Counted from the stretch's first letter, positions 49,489-59,311 are shown. The stretch: 64,000 bases of DNA from Vulcanimicrobiota bacterium (GCA_963733295.1 CAVTCS010000003.1:1088001-1152000); one strand, 5' to 3'. Notes: a model not told the origin generated them from the sequence alone. Program-made: numbers and translations.

Positions 49489-50354
49489 ACGCATTTCCGT
49501 TTCCCGACCTCGGAATCGGGTTCAGCGACGTCGTCGACATCTTAGCGACGGCGCTTCTGACGTATTATTTCTTGTTGCTGATCCGCGGAACGCGCGCCGT
49601 TCCGATCCTCTTCGGATTGCTCGTGCTCGTCTGCGTTTTGACCATTGCCAACGTCTTCCACTTGCTGGTGCTGGCCACGGTCTTGCAGTTCGTATTGCTC
49701 GGCACCGCGGTAACCTTGCCCATCGTGTTCCAACCGGAACTCCGGCGGTTGCTCGAACAACTGGGCCGGGGTGGAATGCTCGCCCGCCGTGACGCCGGCG
49801 AAGACGTTGCGACGCTCGAAGAAGCGATTGCGTCCTTAGCGCGCGCGGCGACGATTCTTTCGAGCAAGCGCTGCGGCGCGCTCATCGCGATTCAGGGCGC
49901 GACCGGTTTACGCGAGTTCGTCGAAAGTGGAACCCGGCTCGATGCGCGACTTTCGGTCGAAATGCTCTTGACGATCTTCACGCCGCAAACGCCCCTCCAC
50001 GATGGCGCCGCGATCGTCAACGGGCGCACCATCGAAGCGGCCGGCTGTTTTTTGCCCCTTTCGGAGAACGTCGTGACCGATAGCCAGCTGGGGACGCGTC
50101 ATCGCGCCGCAATCGGGCTTTCCGAACAGACCGACGCCGTCGTGCTCGTGATCTCGGAACAAAACGGAGCGATCTCCGTCGCCCGCACCGGGAAGCTCTC
50201 GCGCGAACTCGGCGACGAAGCCCGGTTGCGCAACGTACTCTTGGCCTGCTGCCGCGCCTCGCGCGGCGTCCGCCCGCAGCGCATTTCACGCAAGCGCGGC
50301 TTTGGGCGCCGCGTCGCAAGCGATCAGCCGGGGCTCGCCAATCGACGTGCTTGA
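49485..50354 (+). CDS. cdaA: Membrane-bound diadenylate cyclase
   Basis: Three TM helices, FQPELRR, LHDGA, GTRHRAA. Confidence 0.95.
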   Translation: MNAFPFPDLGIGFSDVVDILATALLTYYFLLLIRGTRAVPILFGLLVLVCVLTIANVFHLLVLATVLQFVLLGTAVTLPIVFQPELRRLLEQLGRGGMLARRDAGEDVATLEEAIASLARAATILSSKRCGALIAIQGATGLREFVESGTRLDARLSVEMLLTIFTPQTPLHDGAAIVNGRTIEAAGCFLPLSENVVTDSQLGTRHRAAIGLSEQTDAVVLVISEQNGAISVARTGKLSRELGDEARLRNVLLACCRASRGVRPQRISRKRGFGRRVASDQPGLANRRA

Positions 50355-51015
50355 GCGGCTCGGCCGCAATTTCTGGCTCAAAATCTTTGCGCTGACCCTA
50401 GCGATCGCGGCTTGGGCATATTTGCGACTGACGCCGAACCCGATCATCGCGGCGCGCTTCGTGCAGCAGTTCAGCGTTCCGATCACGACGACGGGCCTCG
50501 GGAACGACCGGGTGGCGAGCTTTACGGAAAAGCAGGCAGTCGTTTCGGTCGTCGTACCGCGCGGCGGCGCGGCGATCAGACCGGATGAAATCCGTGCCGT
50601 GCTCGATCTGGAAGGCCGCGCCCCTGGCGTCTACAACGTGCCGATCCAGGTGATCGCACCCAAGCTGGACATAAAGTCGCTCTCGCCGGCCTCGGTGACG
50701 CTATCGATCGAACGCGTCGAAGAACGCAGTTTACGGGTCGGTTTCCACTACGTGGGCGACGCGCATCGCAACGTGGTGGTGGCGCACGTGGCCGTCGATC
50801 CGCCGTTGGCGACGCTGCGTGGGCCGAGCAGCGATCTGGCGCGCGTCAGCAGCGTCCGGATTGACGTTGCGCTACCGCCGGTGCCAAAGGCGCTCGATGC
50901 GATGCAGCGTCCGATCGCGACCGACGAACGCGGCAACGAAGTGCCGAACGTGGTGATTTCTCCGGATCTCGTGCGCGTGCGCGCCGACTTCGTATCCGCC
51001 CGGGTCAAGTCTTGA
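50347..51015 (+). CDS. cdaR: CdaR/YbbR family regulator
   Basis: N-terminal TM (NFWLKIFALTLAI.AW); YbbR-like beta repeats; between cdaA and glmM. Confidence 0.85.
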   Translation: MLERLGRNFWLKIFALTLAIAAWAYLRLTPNPIIAARFVQQFSVPITTTGLGNDRVASFTEKQAVVSVVVPRGGAAIRPDEIRAVLDLEGRAPGVYNVPIQVIAPKLDIKSLSPASVTLSIERVEERSLRVGFHYVGDAHRNVVVAHVAVDPPLATLRGPSSDLARVSSVRIDVALPPVPKALDAMQRPIATDERGNEVPNVVISPDLVRVRADFVSARVKS

Positions 51016-52412
51016 ACGGTCGCATCTTCGGAACAGACGGGGTGCGAGGCGTTGCCAACGCCGACCTCACCCCGGAGCTGGGCTTGGCGCTTGGGCGTGC
51101 CGGGGCCGCGGTCGTCGGTCGCGGCGCCGGACCGGAACGTCCGTTTGTGGTCGGCCGGGATACGCGGATGTCCGGAACGATGCTCGAAGCAGCCGTCGTC
51201 GCCGGGATCACGTCGGCCGGCCGCGACGTCCTGCTCCTGGGCGTCGTGCCGACGCCCGGAGTCGCGCGGATTGCTGCGCTGATCGATGCAGCCGGTGGCG
51301 TGATGATCAGTGCTTCGCACAATCCGATCGAGGACAACGGGATAAAGTTCTTCGCTTCCGACGGCTTCAAGCTCAGCGACGAAGCCGAAGCCGAGATCGA
51401 AGCGATTCTCACCGGCGACGCCGAGTTGGCGCGACCGACCCATGAGGCTATCGGGGGTGCTCGAGGCGCACACGGTCTCATCGATCGCTACTTCGCGACG
51501 CTGCTCGAGGCCGGCGGTGATCTGCGAGGGCTGGTGGTCGTGCTCGATGTCGCCTTCGGCGCTGCGTATTCGATCGGACCGCGGGTCTTCGCCAAACTCG
51601 GTGCCGAGGTCGTTGCGTTGCACGCGGAAAACGACGGCTCGCGCATCAACGTCGGGTGCGGTTCGACCGATCTCGCGCCGTTGAGCGAACGAGTGCGCGA
51701 ACGCAAGGCCGAAGATCCCGGGGCGCGGATCATCGGCGCCGCATTCGACGGCGACGCGGACCGCGTGCTGTTCGTCGATGAGGCCGGTAACGCGTTGAGC
51801 GGGGACCACATCCTGCTTTTGCTCGCGCGGGAGAAGAAGCGACGCGGCGTGCTCTCGGAGGACACGGTAGTGGGTACCGTGATGAGCAACATCGGCCTCG
51901 AACGAGCGCTGCAACGCGACGAAATCCGGCTCGTCCGCGCCGCCGTCGGCGATCGGTACGTCCTCGAGACGTTGCGCGCGAACGGCTACGTTCTGGGCGG
52001 GGAACAATCCGGACACATCATCGATTTGGAGCAAACGACGACGGGCGATGGACTGCTGACCGCCGTTGGGGTTGCCTCACTGGTGGCGCGAGAAAACGCG
52101 AGTTTAGGCGAGCTCGTTTCCGACTTGCACGTCGCGCCGCAGATTTTGGTGAACGTTCAGACGGCGCGAAGGGACGTCTTAGGCGATCCCGCGGTGCTCG
52201 AGGCGATCGCCCGGGCCGAGCGCGAGCTCGGCGCATTAGGACGAATTCTCGTTCGGCCTTCCGGCACCGAACCGCTGATACGTGTGATGATCGAAGGTGA
52301 CGACCGCGCGCGCATCGACCGGCTCGCGGGCGAAGTGGCTCAGAGCGTTCGGACCGCTGTCCAAGCCAGCCGCGTCACACCTGGGGACGCTTCGGACCAT
52401 TTCATTCCGTGA
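51012..52412 (+). CDS. glmM: Phosphoglucosamine mutase
   Basis: FGTDGVRG, ISASHNP, DGDADR, GGEQSGH, RPSGTEP. Confidence 0.96.
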   Translation: MNGRIFGTDGVRGVANADLTPELGLALGRAGAAVVGRGAGPERPFVVGRDTRMSGTMLEAAVVAGITSAGRDVLLLGVVPTPGVARIAALIDAAGGVMISASHNPIEDNGIKFFASDGFKLSDEAEAEIEAILTGDAELARPTHEAIGGARGAHGLIDRYFATLLEAGGDLRGLVVVLDVAFGAAYSIGPRVFAKLGAEVVALHAENDGSRINVGCGSTDLAPLSERVRERKAEDPGARIIGAAFDGDADRVLFVDEAGNALSGDHILLLLAREKKRRGVLSEDTVVGTVMSNIGLERALQRDEIRLVRAAVGDRYVLETLRANGYVLGGEQSGHIIDLEQTTTGDGLLTAVGVASLVARENASLGELVSDLHVAPQILVNVQTARRDVLGDPAVLEAIARAERELGALGRILVRPSGTEPLIRVMIEGDDRARIDRLAGEVAQSVRTAVQASRVTPGDASDHFIP

Positions 52413-52517
52413 CTACCCCGCGCAGGGAAACGGCGCCATCCGGGGTAACGGGACCTCACCGGCGCTCGCAAGAGGCCGGTATTCGTGAGCTTTGACTGAC
52501 GGATTTTCGCCATAGGC

Positions 52518-52643
52518 CTATCGCCGAATCCGGTGCGTCCGGAGCGGGGGACTCCTCAGGTGGGGTGAATGCGCCGGTCGGCGCTAGGGCAACCCTTTCA
52601 GCCCGAACCCGTCAACTAACCTCGCAGGCGTCGAAAGAGGAGC
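52518..52643 (+). ncRNA. Cyclic di-AMP (ydaO/yuaA) riboswitch
   Basis: CGCCGAATCC...GGAGCGGGGGA...GGGGTGAAT...TAGGG...CCCGAACCCGTCAACTAACCTCGCAGGCG, directly upstream of a cell-wall hydrolase. Confidence 0.93.
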
Positions 52644-52644
52644 A

Positions 52645-53373
52645 GTGCATCGATCTTTTGGAACGGCCATTGCCGCCGTTACTCTAGCGATAACACTTTC
52701 CGGAACTGCCGAAGCAAACGTCCGCATCGAGTCTGGAGCCGCATCGGCGCCGGCAGTTGCCGATGCAACCATCGCGATCGAACCCCCGGCGACCGTCTTA
52801 TCCGCGGGCCAGTCGTCACTCGACGCAACCCCCGCCTTCGTCGTCGTCTCGCCCGAATCACCGACGCGAACGCGCGATTTCGAAGCGCCGGTCGGCGCGC
52901 CCGTCGCGAACGCCGACTATCGCATGTGGTCTTCCGTTCCGCCGGGTAAGGCGAACGCGGCGATAGGACGTTTCGCGAGAGGCATCGTCATCCGGACGTC
53001 GTCGATCGCGATCAATCTCACCCGGAGCGCAATGCGCTTCATCGGTACGCCCTACGTATTCGGCGGCACGTCGCCTTCGGGCTTCGACTGTTCGGGATAC
53101 GTCCAGCACGTTTTCGCGATGGTCGGTCTTCACGTTCCGCGCACCGCGGATGCGCAATACTATGAAGGGCACCGGCCCCTTGGCGGCATCGCCGCGGGCG
53201 ATCTCGTGTTCTTCCAGACGTACCTTCCCGGCCCATCACACGTCGGGATTTACCTCGGAAACGGGAAGTTCGTGCACAGTTCGAGTCACGGCGTTGAAGT
53301 CAGCCGTCTCGGCGACAACTATTGGGCCTCGCGCTACATCGGCGCGAAGCGGTACGCCCCCAAAAAACACTAG
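52645..53373 (+). CDS. NlpC/P60 (C40) peptidoglycan peptidase
   Basis: Signal peptide; GTPYVFGG..GFDCSG, GDLVFF, HVGIYLG..FVH. Confidence 0.93.
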   Translation: MHRSFGTAIAAVTLAITLSGTAEANVRIESGAASAPAVADATIAIEPPATVLSAGQSSLDATPAFVVVSPESPTRTRDFEAPVGAPVANADYRMWSSVPPGKANAAIGRFARGIVIRTSSIAINLTRSAMRFIGTPYVFGGTSPSGFDCSGYVQHVFAMVGLHVPRTADAQYYEGHRPLGGIAAGDLVFFQTYLPGPSHVGIYLGNGKFVHSSSHGVEVSRLGDNYWASRYIGAKRYAPKKH

Positions 53374-53387
53374 ACTCTCGGCAGAAA

Positions 53388-53417
53388 CGAAGTCTCCGGC
53401 TCCGGCCGGGGACTTCG
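53388..53417 (+). terminator. Hairpin / probable terminator
   Basis: CGAAGTCTCCGGC-TCCG-GCCGGGGACTTCG, 13-bp stem with a weak U tract. Confidence 0.6.
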
Positions 53418-53581
53418 CCATTTGGCGGGAGTGTGGCCCGTCGCTCTAACGTGTAAGGGGAGCCGACCTGGGTCGGCGATGCTCCTGGCTCGTTGCTGCT
53501 ACCATCGTCTCCGGAGGTAGCGTCGAGTCATGAAAACGTCCGAAACTGCCCGCGGCGGAAGGGGAAGGAGCGTTCGTTGCT

Positions 53582-54172
53582 GTGACTAGCGTGTTCGCGC
53601 TCCAGCCGTCGGTTTACGTGCCGCTGTCAATTGGCTTTTTTGGGCTCGCCACGGGCTATTTCATTTGGGGCGGCCAAGAGCTGTTCGATTGGCCGAAGTC
53701 GAGCCCTGAAGTCGACAAGAGCATGGGCATGTGGGCGTTTTGGATGCCCGGCTTCATGCAGCTCGTCGCCGGAACGTACATTTTCGTCGGCTTGACCTGG
53801 TTCCAAGTATTCAAAGGCGCGCCGCTCTACATGGCCGGACTGGCGTTCACGGCCTACGGCGTTCACTGGTTTGCGATGGGTCATCGGCGCTTCATAGGTT
53901 CGGACTCGCGGCCCGACGCCTGGATGGCCCTCGCCTTCTGTCTGATCTCGCTGTTGGGGCTCTTGGTCTTTGTGTCGGCGGGAGACATTCCGGTAGCGCT
54001 GATCTTCCTCGGTCTGCTGCTCATCTACATCTCTGACGCGATCTGGAAGTTCGGCATCGTCAAGACTCCGAAACTGATTGGGTTTTGGCACTGCATCACC
54101 GGAATTTGGCTGATGTATTGCATGTTCGCCGCAACGTTTGACGCTTCGCTCGATGCGCACTGGTGGCTCTGA
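53582..54172 (+). CDS. Six-TM channel protein, AmiS/UreI-like
   Basis: Six hydrophobic segments, FTAYGVHWF, TGIWLMY; family assigned by resemblance. Confidence 0.6.
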   Translation: MTSVFALQPSVYVPLSIGFFGLATGYFIWGGQELFDWPKSSPEVDKSMGMWAFWMPGFMQLVAGTYIFVGLTWFQVFKGAPLYMAGLAFTAYGVHWFAMGHRRFIGSDSRPDAWMALAFCLISLLGLLVFVSAGDIPVALIFLGLLLIYISDAIWKFGIVKTPKLIGFWHCITGIWLMYCMFAATFDASLDAHWWL

Positions 54173-54682
54173 TCAAAGAGGACTTGATGCTTTCGCTCGC
54201 CTGCATCGGAGTCTTCATTGGACTGCTGTTTGCTTTGAGGTTGAAACCTTGGCGGCACTGGCGCTGGGGTGGTCTACTCGCGGGTCGCTCCATGAATCGC
54301 GCCGCGGCGCGGCGGGCGATCGCCAACATCGAAGTTGCACTGTGGGGGTCAGCCCCGCATACGAAAAGAGAGCTTGACGAGGCCGGCGTCGGCGGCGCCG
54401 CTCGCGGCGCTGCGCGGGCGCAGCAGCAGTCTTCGGATGTGGGCTCTCCGGCGAAGTCTTCGGCAAAGATCGCGGTCGATCGGGAAGAGGGCACCGCTGC
54501 GGTGTCGCCGGCGCCGCGTGTTACTCGTCGCCGGCCTCGTCATTCGGGCCGGCGCTGGCGCTATTTTAGTGAAGGATTAATTCGCCCGGACAAACGACCT
54601 TCACGCACAAAGCGACCTGTTCGTTGATAGAGTCCTAAGTCGTCGTCTCGGCCAGCCGCGCGAGGCAGCAAGGAGTTATGTT

Positions 54683-55954
54683 TTGGGAACCCCTTCGATT
54701 TCTCGGGAGTCCTTTATCAAGGGGGCCGGCCTTGGCGCAGCGGCGCTCTGCGCCGGCGTTCCGGCGTTCATTCCCCGACTCGGCGAGGCGGCCGATGCGG
54801 TCAAGATCGGTCAGATCGCTGAACTGACCGGCGTCTACGTCGACATCTCGCAGCCCGAAGTTTACGGCGCGCAATTCGCGCTCGAGAAATGGAACGCCAA
54901 GGGCGGCGTCATGAGCCGGCCGGTCGAAGTCGTCGTCGAAGACGATCAGAACAATCCGGGCGTCGCCGTGGAAAAGATCCGCAAGCTGGTCCAAGTCGAC
55001 AAGGTCGACGCGTTGTTCGGCACCGTCAACAGCGCGATCGCGCTCTCCGCCAGCGGCGCCTCCCACGAGCTGGGCCAGCTCTACATCGTGACCGGCGGCC
55101 ATACGGACCCTGTCACCGGCAATCTTTGCCACTGGAACGTCTTCCGCACGTGCCACACCGCTTGGCAGGAGACGCAAGCCTCCGGCTTCTCGATCGCCAA
55201 GAAGTTTGGGAAGAACTGGTATCTGATCACCCCGGACTACGCGTTCGGTCATTCGCTCGCCGCCGGGTACGCCGCGGTCATCAAGCAGCTGGGCGGCCAG
55301 ATCGTCGCAAACGACCTGACGCCGCTAGGGACCAGCGATTTCAGCGCCTACATCACGAAGATGTCGACCGCTAAAGTCGACGCGATCATCGTGTTGCTTG
55401 CAGGCAGCGATTTCGTGAACTTTCTCAAGCAAGCCAGCGGGTACGGATTGCTCAAGAAGTTCCCGCTTGCGGGCCCGCAAGCCGAGCTCGAACCGTTTCT
55501 CGAGCTGCCGCCGGAATCGCGCGTCGGGTACTGGGGTATCGAGTGGTACTACAACAGCCCGATCGTCTTCGGCAAGAGCAACGCGGAGGCAACGGCCTTT
55601 GTCAAGAACTACATCGCGCGCCACCACACTCCGCCAAGTGCCCGCAGCGTCTTTGGCTACGTCTCACTCGACCGTATGCTGTGGGCGATGAACCAGGCAA
55701 AATCGCTCGATCCCGTCAAAGTCGCTAGGACTCTGGAGAACGTTCACTTCGAAACGGTCTGGGACGGTAGCGCCTACTACCGCGGCGTCGACCACCAACT
55801 CATGTGGCCGAACTACTTCGCCGAGATGCGTCCGAACGGAACCGCGACCGATAAATTCGACATCTTCAACGTGATCGACCGGCAGGTCCCCGAAAAGATC
55901 TCCAAGAGCGACGCCGAGCAGGCCCGGGTCTGTCATCTCGGCTATCCGTCCTAG
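54683..55954 (+). CDS. Orphan Liv-type ABC substrate-binding protein with Tat-like leader
   Basis: TTG with AAGGAG RBS; KIG...LTG, PDYAFG; leader SRESFIKG. Confidence 0.85.
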   Translation: MGTPSISRESFIKGAGLGAAALCAGVPAFIPRLGEAADAVKIGQIAELTGVYVDISQPEVYGAQFALEKWNAKGGVMSRPVEVVVEDDQNNPGVAVEKIRKLVQVDKVDALFGTVNSAIALSASGASHELGQLYIVTGGHTDPVTGNLCHWNVFRTCHTAWQETQASGFSIAKKFGKNWYLITPDYAFGHSLAAGYAAVIKQLGGQIVANDLTPLGTSDFSAYITKMSTAKVDAIIVLLAGSDFVNFLKQASGYGLLKKFPLAGPQAELEPFLELPPESRVGYWGIEWYYNSPIVFGKSNAEATAFVKNYIARHHTPPSARSVFGYVSLDRMLWAMNQAKSLDPVKVARTLENVHFETVWDGSAYYRGVDHQLMWPNYFAEMRPNGTATDKFDIFNVIDRQVPEKISKSDAEQARVCHLGYPS

Positions 55955-56014
55955 CTAGCTGATCTCGATCCTAGTCGCGCCCGCAAGGGCGTGCCAGTCC
56001 GGGAGCAACGTCTA

Positions 56015-56422
56015 TCATCGAGCGCCGAGCGCAGAGGCGGCCTTCGCCACGTCCTCCGCGGCGAGGTAGATGATCGCGCCGAAGTGTCCGTGGCCGTCGG
56101 CGACCCCTTGCGCGGCTCCAATGGTCACGCCCGCCTGCGCGAGCGTGCCAAGCGCGTCCGCCATCGCCCCGGCGCGATCGTCGCCGGTGAGGTAGAGGAC
56201 CGTGGACGGCGCACCGACGTTGAGGTTGGCAGCCTTCGCTGCCGCGAGCAAGGCGCTGGGGTCTTCGACCGCGAGCTCCAGATTCGCTCGGCCCGAATCT
56301 CTGGAGTAACCCCAGATCGCGATGAGATTGAGCCTGCGCAGGCTCTCCAGGACGCGGGCTCCGCTGCCGACCGCGTCCTCGATCTCGAGCGAGAAATGTG
56401 CAACTTGTCGAACGTTGGCCAT
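56015..56422 (-). CDS. Tandem ACT-domain protein
   Basis: ED.VG...L..LNL and DDRAGAMA..L..AGV repeats; AAAGGAG RBS; extended -10 TGGTACAAT at 56457-56465. Confidence 0.75.
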   Translation of the reverse strand: MANVRQVAHFSLEIEDAVGSGARVLESLRRLNLIAIWGYSRDSGRANLELAVEDPSALLAAAKAANLNVGAPSTVLYLTGDDRAGAMADALGTLAQAGVTIGAAQGVADGHGHFGAIIYLAAEDVAKAASALGAR

Positions 56423-56713
56423 TGTGCGAGCTCCTTTCTGGCTTCCAGCAGACGGTATTGTACCACCGCGTTGCGCTTTCACGCAGCCCGCGTTTTCCCG
56501 GCACGCCGAGCTCACGCAGCGCTCGCGGAATTCGAACCGAATGGCCACGGCCACGTCCCTTGACGAGCGCCAGCAGCGAGGGGGGGCTTTCAAAAGGGAG
56601 ACCGCTTAGCGCCCAGAACCGCAGTTCGTCCCTCGGAGAGTTCGTGCGCAAGAGATGCGTCAAACAACCCGAGCGGAATACAAAATCCCGGAAACGCAGT
56701 AAAATCATCGCGT

Positions 56714-56785
56714 TGGGGTGTCGCCAAGTGGTAAGGCAGGGGACTTTGAATCCTCCATTCGTTGGTTCGAATCCAGCCACCCCAG
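56714..56785 (+). tRNA. tRNA-Gln(TTG), CCA not encoded
   Basis: TGGGGTG...CACCCCA-G acceptor stem, GGGGA-CTTTGAA-TCCTC anticodon arm, GGTTCGAATCC. Confidence 0.96.
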
Positions 56786-57015
56786 CAGATACCACGAGGG
56801 TTTGCGGCGCAACCAGGTTGGCGGGTAAAACTGCGTCACCAAGTCGTCACGACATTTTCAGGCGACGAGGTTGAGCCGAACGCGGCGCAGGTAGTCTCCG
56901 AAGAGGGCGTCAACGACCTTGGCCGCGCGCTCAGCGCTTTACCCCGCGGTATTCTCATGCAGGGCGATTGGCCGATCCGGCTGGCGAAACGGTTCCCGGC
57001 TGCGATGCTCCGGCA

Positions 57016-57045
57016 TGTCGATTTGCGGCCTGCCCCTTCGACGTC
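57016..57045 (+). promoter_or_regulatory. ECF42-type promoter
   Basis: TGTCGA-N17-CGAC(GTC) upstream of a DGPF gene. Confidence 0.65.
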
Positions 57046-57079
57046 TGAGTAGAACACTCGAATCCAAGGAGCACCACAC

Positions 57080-57484
57080 ATGCGCTTTATGGTTCTGATT
57101 AAGGCCACCCCTCAGACCGAAGCCGGCGTTCTGCCGACTGCCGACGGTTTCGCGAAGATGGACGCCTTCTACGAACAGCTCGCCCAGGCAGGCGCGATCG
57201 CTGAAGGCGGCGCCGGCCTCAAGCCATCCTCCGCGGGCGCGCGGATCGATTTCCGGGGTACCAAGCCGCCGATTGTGACCGACGGACCGTTCACGGAAAC
57301 GAAGGAACTCATCGCCGGTTTCTGCGTGCTGCAAATGAAGTCGAAAGAAGAGGCGATCGAGTGGCTCTCGCGCGCCCCATTCGAATACGGCGACCAGATC
57401 GAGATCCGTCCGCTGTACGAAGCGGAAGACTTCGCGGGGATTGTTTTAGATGAAGTTCAGCCGAGCCAAAGCCAAGTCTGCTAA
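57080..57484 (+). CDS. YciI/DGPF domain protein
   Basis: VTDGPFTETKELIAGF, IEIRP; AAGGAG RBS. Confidence 0.92.
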   Translation: MRFMVLIKATPQTEAGVLPTADGFAKMDAFYEQLAQAGAIAEGGAGLKPSSAGARIDFRGTKPPIVTDGPFTETKELIAGFCVLQMKSKEEAIEWLSRAPFEYGDQIEIRPLYEAEDFAGIVLDEVQPSQSQVC

Positions 57485-57568
57485 AGGCTATCGCAGAGTT
57501 CTGTTTTTATATGGCTTTGCAAAGTCAATGTTTTCGGGGCTCTTCGACCATCGGTCCAGAAATGGCTT

Positions 57569-57616
57569 AGGGGACTTTTAATCCTCCATTCGTTGGTTCG
57601 AATGCAGCCACTCCAG
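57569..57616 (+). repeat. tRNA-Gln 3'-half copy 1 (att-like)
   Basis: 45/48 identical to 56738-56785. Confidence 0.92.
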
Positions 57617-57753
57617 ATTACAGCACAAGGCGTTACGCTGCAGTCGGGCGGCCCGCAAAACCGAAAAGGCAAAACGTCGCGTACCGGCAGAAGGTGCTGT
57701 TGTTACGCGGCGAAAGAAAGCCCGGGGCCGAGAATGCGCGTGAGGTATCTACG

Positions 57754-58296
57754 ATGCAGCGTTTGGATTTTCTCCGGTCGGTTGCAATCGCTTCAACGAT
57801 CGGGTTCGTTTCGCCGGAGGCCCAGGCGGCCGGTGCGAAGGCGGGCCCCGAGTGTCTCGCGGTCCTCGAAAAACACCGCAAGGGTATGCTTCCGTTCGAA
57901 CTTCCCGTCTTGGGTTCTAGCGATCAAACGATGAAGTCGAGCGAAATCCCGGGCAAAGCCGTTTGGCTGAACTTTTTTGCCAGTTGGTGCGGCGATTGCA
58001 CGGTCGAGATGCCGTCGCTCATCGCGATCGAAGCGAAGTACCGCGATTCCGGATTGACCGTGATCGGCATCGATGTGGACGAAACCGAACAGCGCGGGTC
58101 GGGTTTCCGAACGCAGTTCAAGATTCCGTATCCGATTCTAACGGATTCGGGTGGCCGCGTTTTCAGCATTCTTGGAACCGGGCATTTACCGACGCATCTC
58201 TTTTACAACGCCGACCGGGACCTTACGTGCCTCGGCCTCGAAGGCTTCACGGAAAAGGACATGGATAACGAGGTTTCGGTCGCGCTGGGTCTGTGA
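57754..58296 (+). CDS. TlpA-family thiol:disulfide oxidoreductase, exported
   Basis: LNFFASWCGDC..EMP, cis-Pro motif LPTH. Confidence 0.88.
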   Translation: MQRLDFLRSVAIASTIGFVSPEAQAAGAKAGPECLAVLEKHRKGMLPFELPVLGSSDQTMKSSEIPGKAVWLNFFASWCGDCTVEMPSLIAIEAKYRDSGLTVIGIDVDETEQRGSGFRTQFKIPYPILTDSGGRVFSILGTGHLPTHLFYNADRDLTCLGLEGFTEKDMDNEVSVALGL

Positions 58297-58494
58297 CGGC
58301 GGCTAGGAGGGGTCGCCCTAAAGACGGGGGGGCAGGGTCTCCGCTTCGCGCCGGGGGCATTTTCGGGGGCCGAAGTTAACAAACCCAATGAAACGGCATG
58401 TAACCCTGGAAAACGGCCCTCAAACCCGCGCACGGAAAGATTTCATTAACTGCCTTCGTTCTGAATTTCTGTTGCGACCCGAGAGCGAGGACGA

Positions 58495-59271
58495 ATGACT
58501 GCAGCAAGGCCGACTTGGGACCTCGGCCGTCACGTGTTTGGAGTGGCGGCTTTGTGTTTAGGCCTCATCACGCTGGTCTGGCCCGACTACAGCGACTACG
58601 ATTCACCTCATGTTTTTTTGAACGTCGGCAATGGCCTCATCTTTGCCTACGTCGCAGCTGCCGCCCAAATCGTCGGCGGCGTTGCGATTCAGTTCGGCCG
58701 CACGGCGAAGACGGGCGCGGTTGTCCTCGGCGTCGTGTATCTTATCTTAGCCTTCCTGTTCGTGCCGCAAATCGTCGCCACACCGCTTGTCTTCGATCCG
58801 TGGGGCAACTTTTTCGAGCAGTTTTCGCTCGTGACCGGAGCAGTGCTCGTGTTCGCGCACGTGTCATCGGCGTGGGCACCGGCAACGCTCAATCGGGTCG
58901 CGCGCATTCTTTTTGGCATCTGTGCGGCCAGCTTTGCCATCTATCAGGCGGTTCATCCGGATTATACCGCTACGCTCGTTCCGAAGTGGTTTCCGCCTAG
59001 TCAGATGTTTTGGGTGTGGGCGACGACCGTTTTGTTCGGACTCGCGGCCTTGGCGCTGCTCGTGAATCGAGTGGCCTTGCTCGCGACCCGCCTACTGACG
59101 TTGATGATCGTCATCTTAGGGCTACTTGTGTGGGTACCGGCGATTGTTTCGAATCCCCACAGTCACTCGAATTGGAGCGAATGCTTCCTGACCTTCGCGA
59201 TTGCCGGAGCCGCGTGGATTGTCGCCGATCTCCTCGCCGAGTATCGTTCGAGTGACCATCGCGCGCGGTGA
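58495..59271 (+). CDS. DoxX-like multi-pass membrane protein
   Basis: About 8 TM segments, internally duplicated architecture, LVPKWFP...FW. Confidence 0.7.
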   Translation: MTAARPTWDLGRHVFGVAALCLGLITLVWPDYSDYDSPHVFLNVGNGLIFAYVAAAAQIVGGVAIQFGRTAKTGAVVLGVVYLILAFLFVPQIVATPLVFDPWGNFFEQFSLVTGAVLVFAHVSSAWAPATLNRVARILFGICAASFAIYQAVHPDYTATLVPKWFPPSQMFWVWATTVLFGLAALALLVNRVALLATRLLTLMIVILGLLVWVPAIVSNPHSHSNWSECFLTFAIAGAAWIVADLLAEYRSSDHRAR

Positions 59272-59311
59272 CGCGGGGCGGAGCGCGAACGATGCCGAAG
59301 GAAAAAACACC

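Noticed and set aside
52412..52517. glmS ribozyme or glmS gene after glmM
   Set aside because: No glmS and no ribozyme consensus; the RNA element present is the c-di-AMP riboswitch
53530..53580. glnA (glutamine) or ykkC (guanidine-I) riboswitch
   Set aside because: Only short partial matches (CGGAAG...GAAGG); the E-loop/P3 and the ykkC core sequences are absent
54163..54627. 154-aa ORF between the channel gene and the binding-protein gene
   Set aside because: No recognisable domain, Arg-rich tail and it runs into a probable promoter region; cannot be supported, though a short membrane peptide is not excluded
57541..57616. Functional tRNA-Lys(TTT) created by an anticodon change
   Set aside because: The 5' acceptor strand and D arm are missing and the T stem is mutated; it is an att-like fragment
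58297..58494. Additional element end or IS remnant (GGGGGCATTTTCGGGGG, AT-richer tract)
   Set aside because: Suggestive of an island terminus, but no inverted repeat, transposase fragment or att core could be identified
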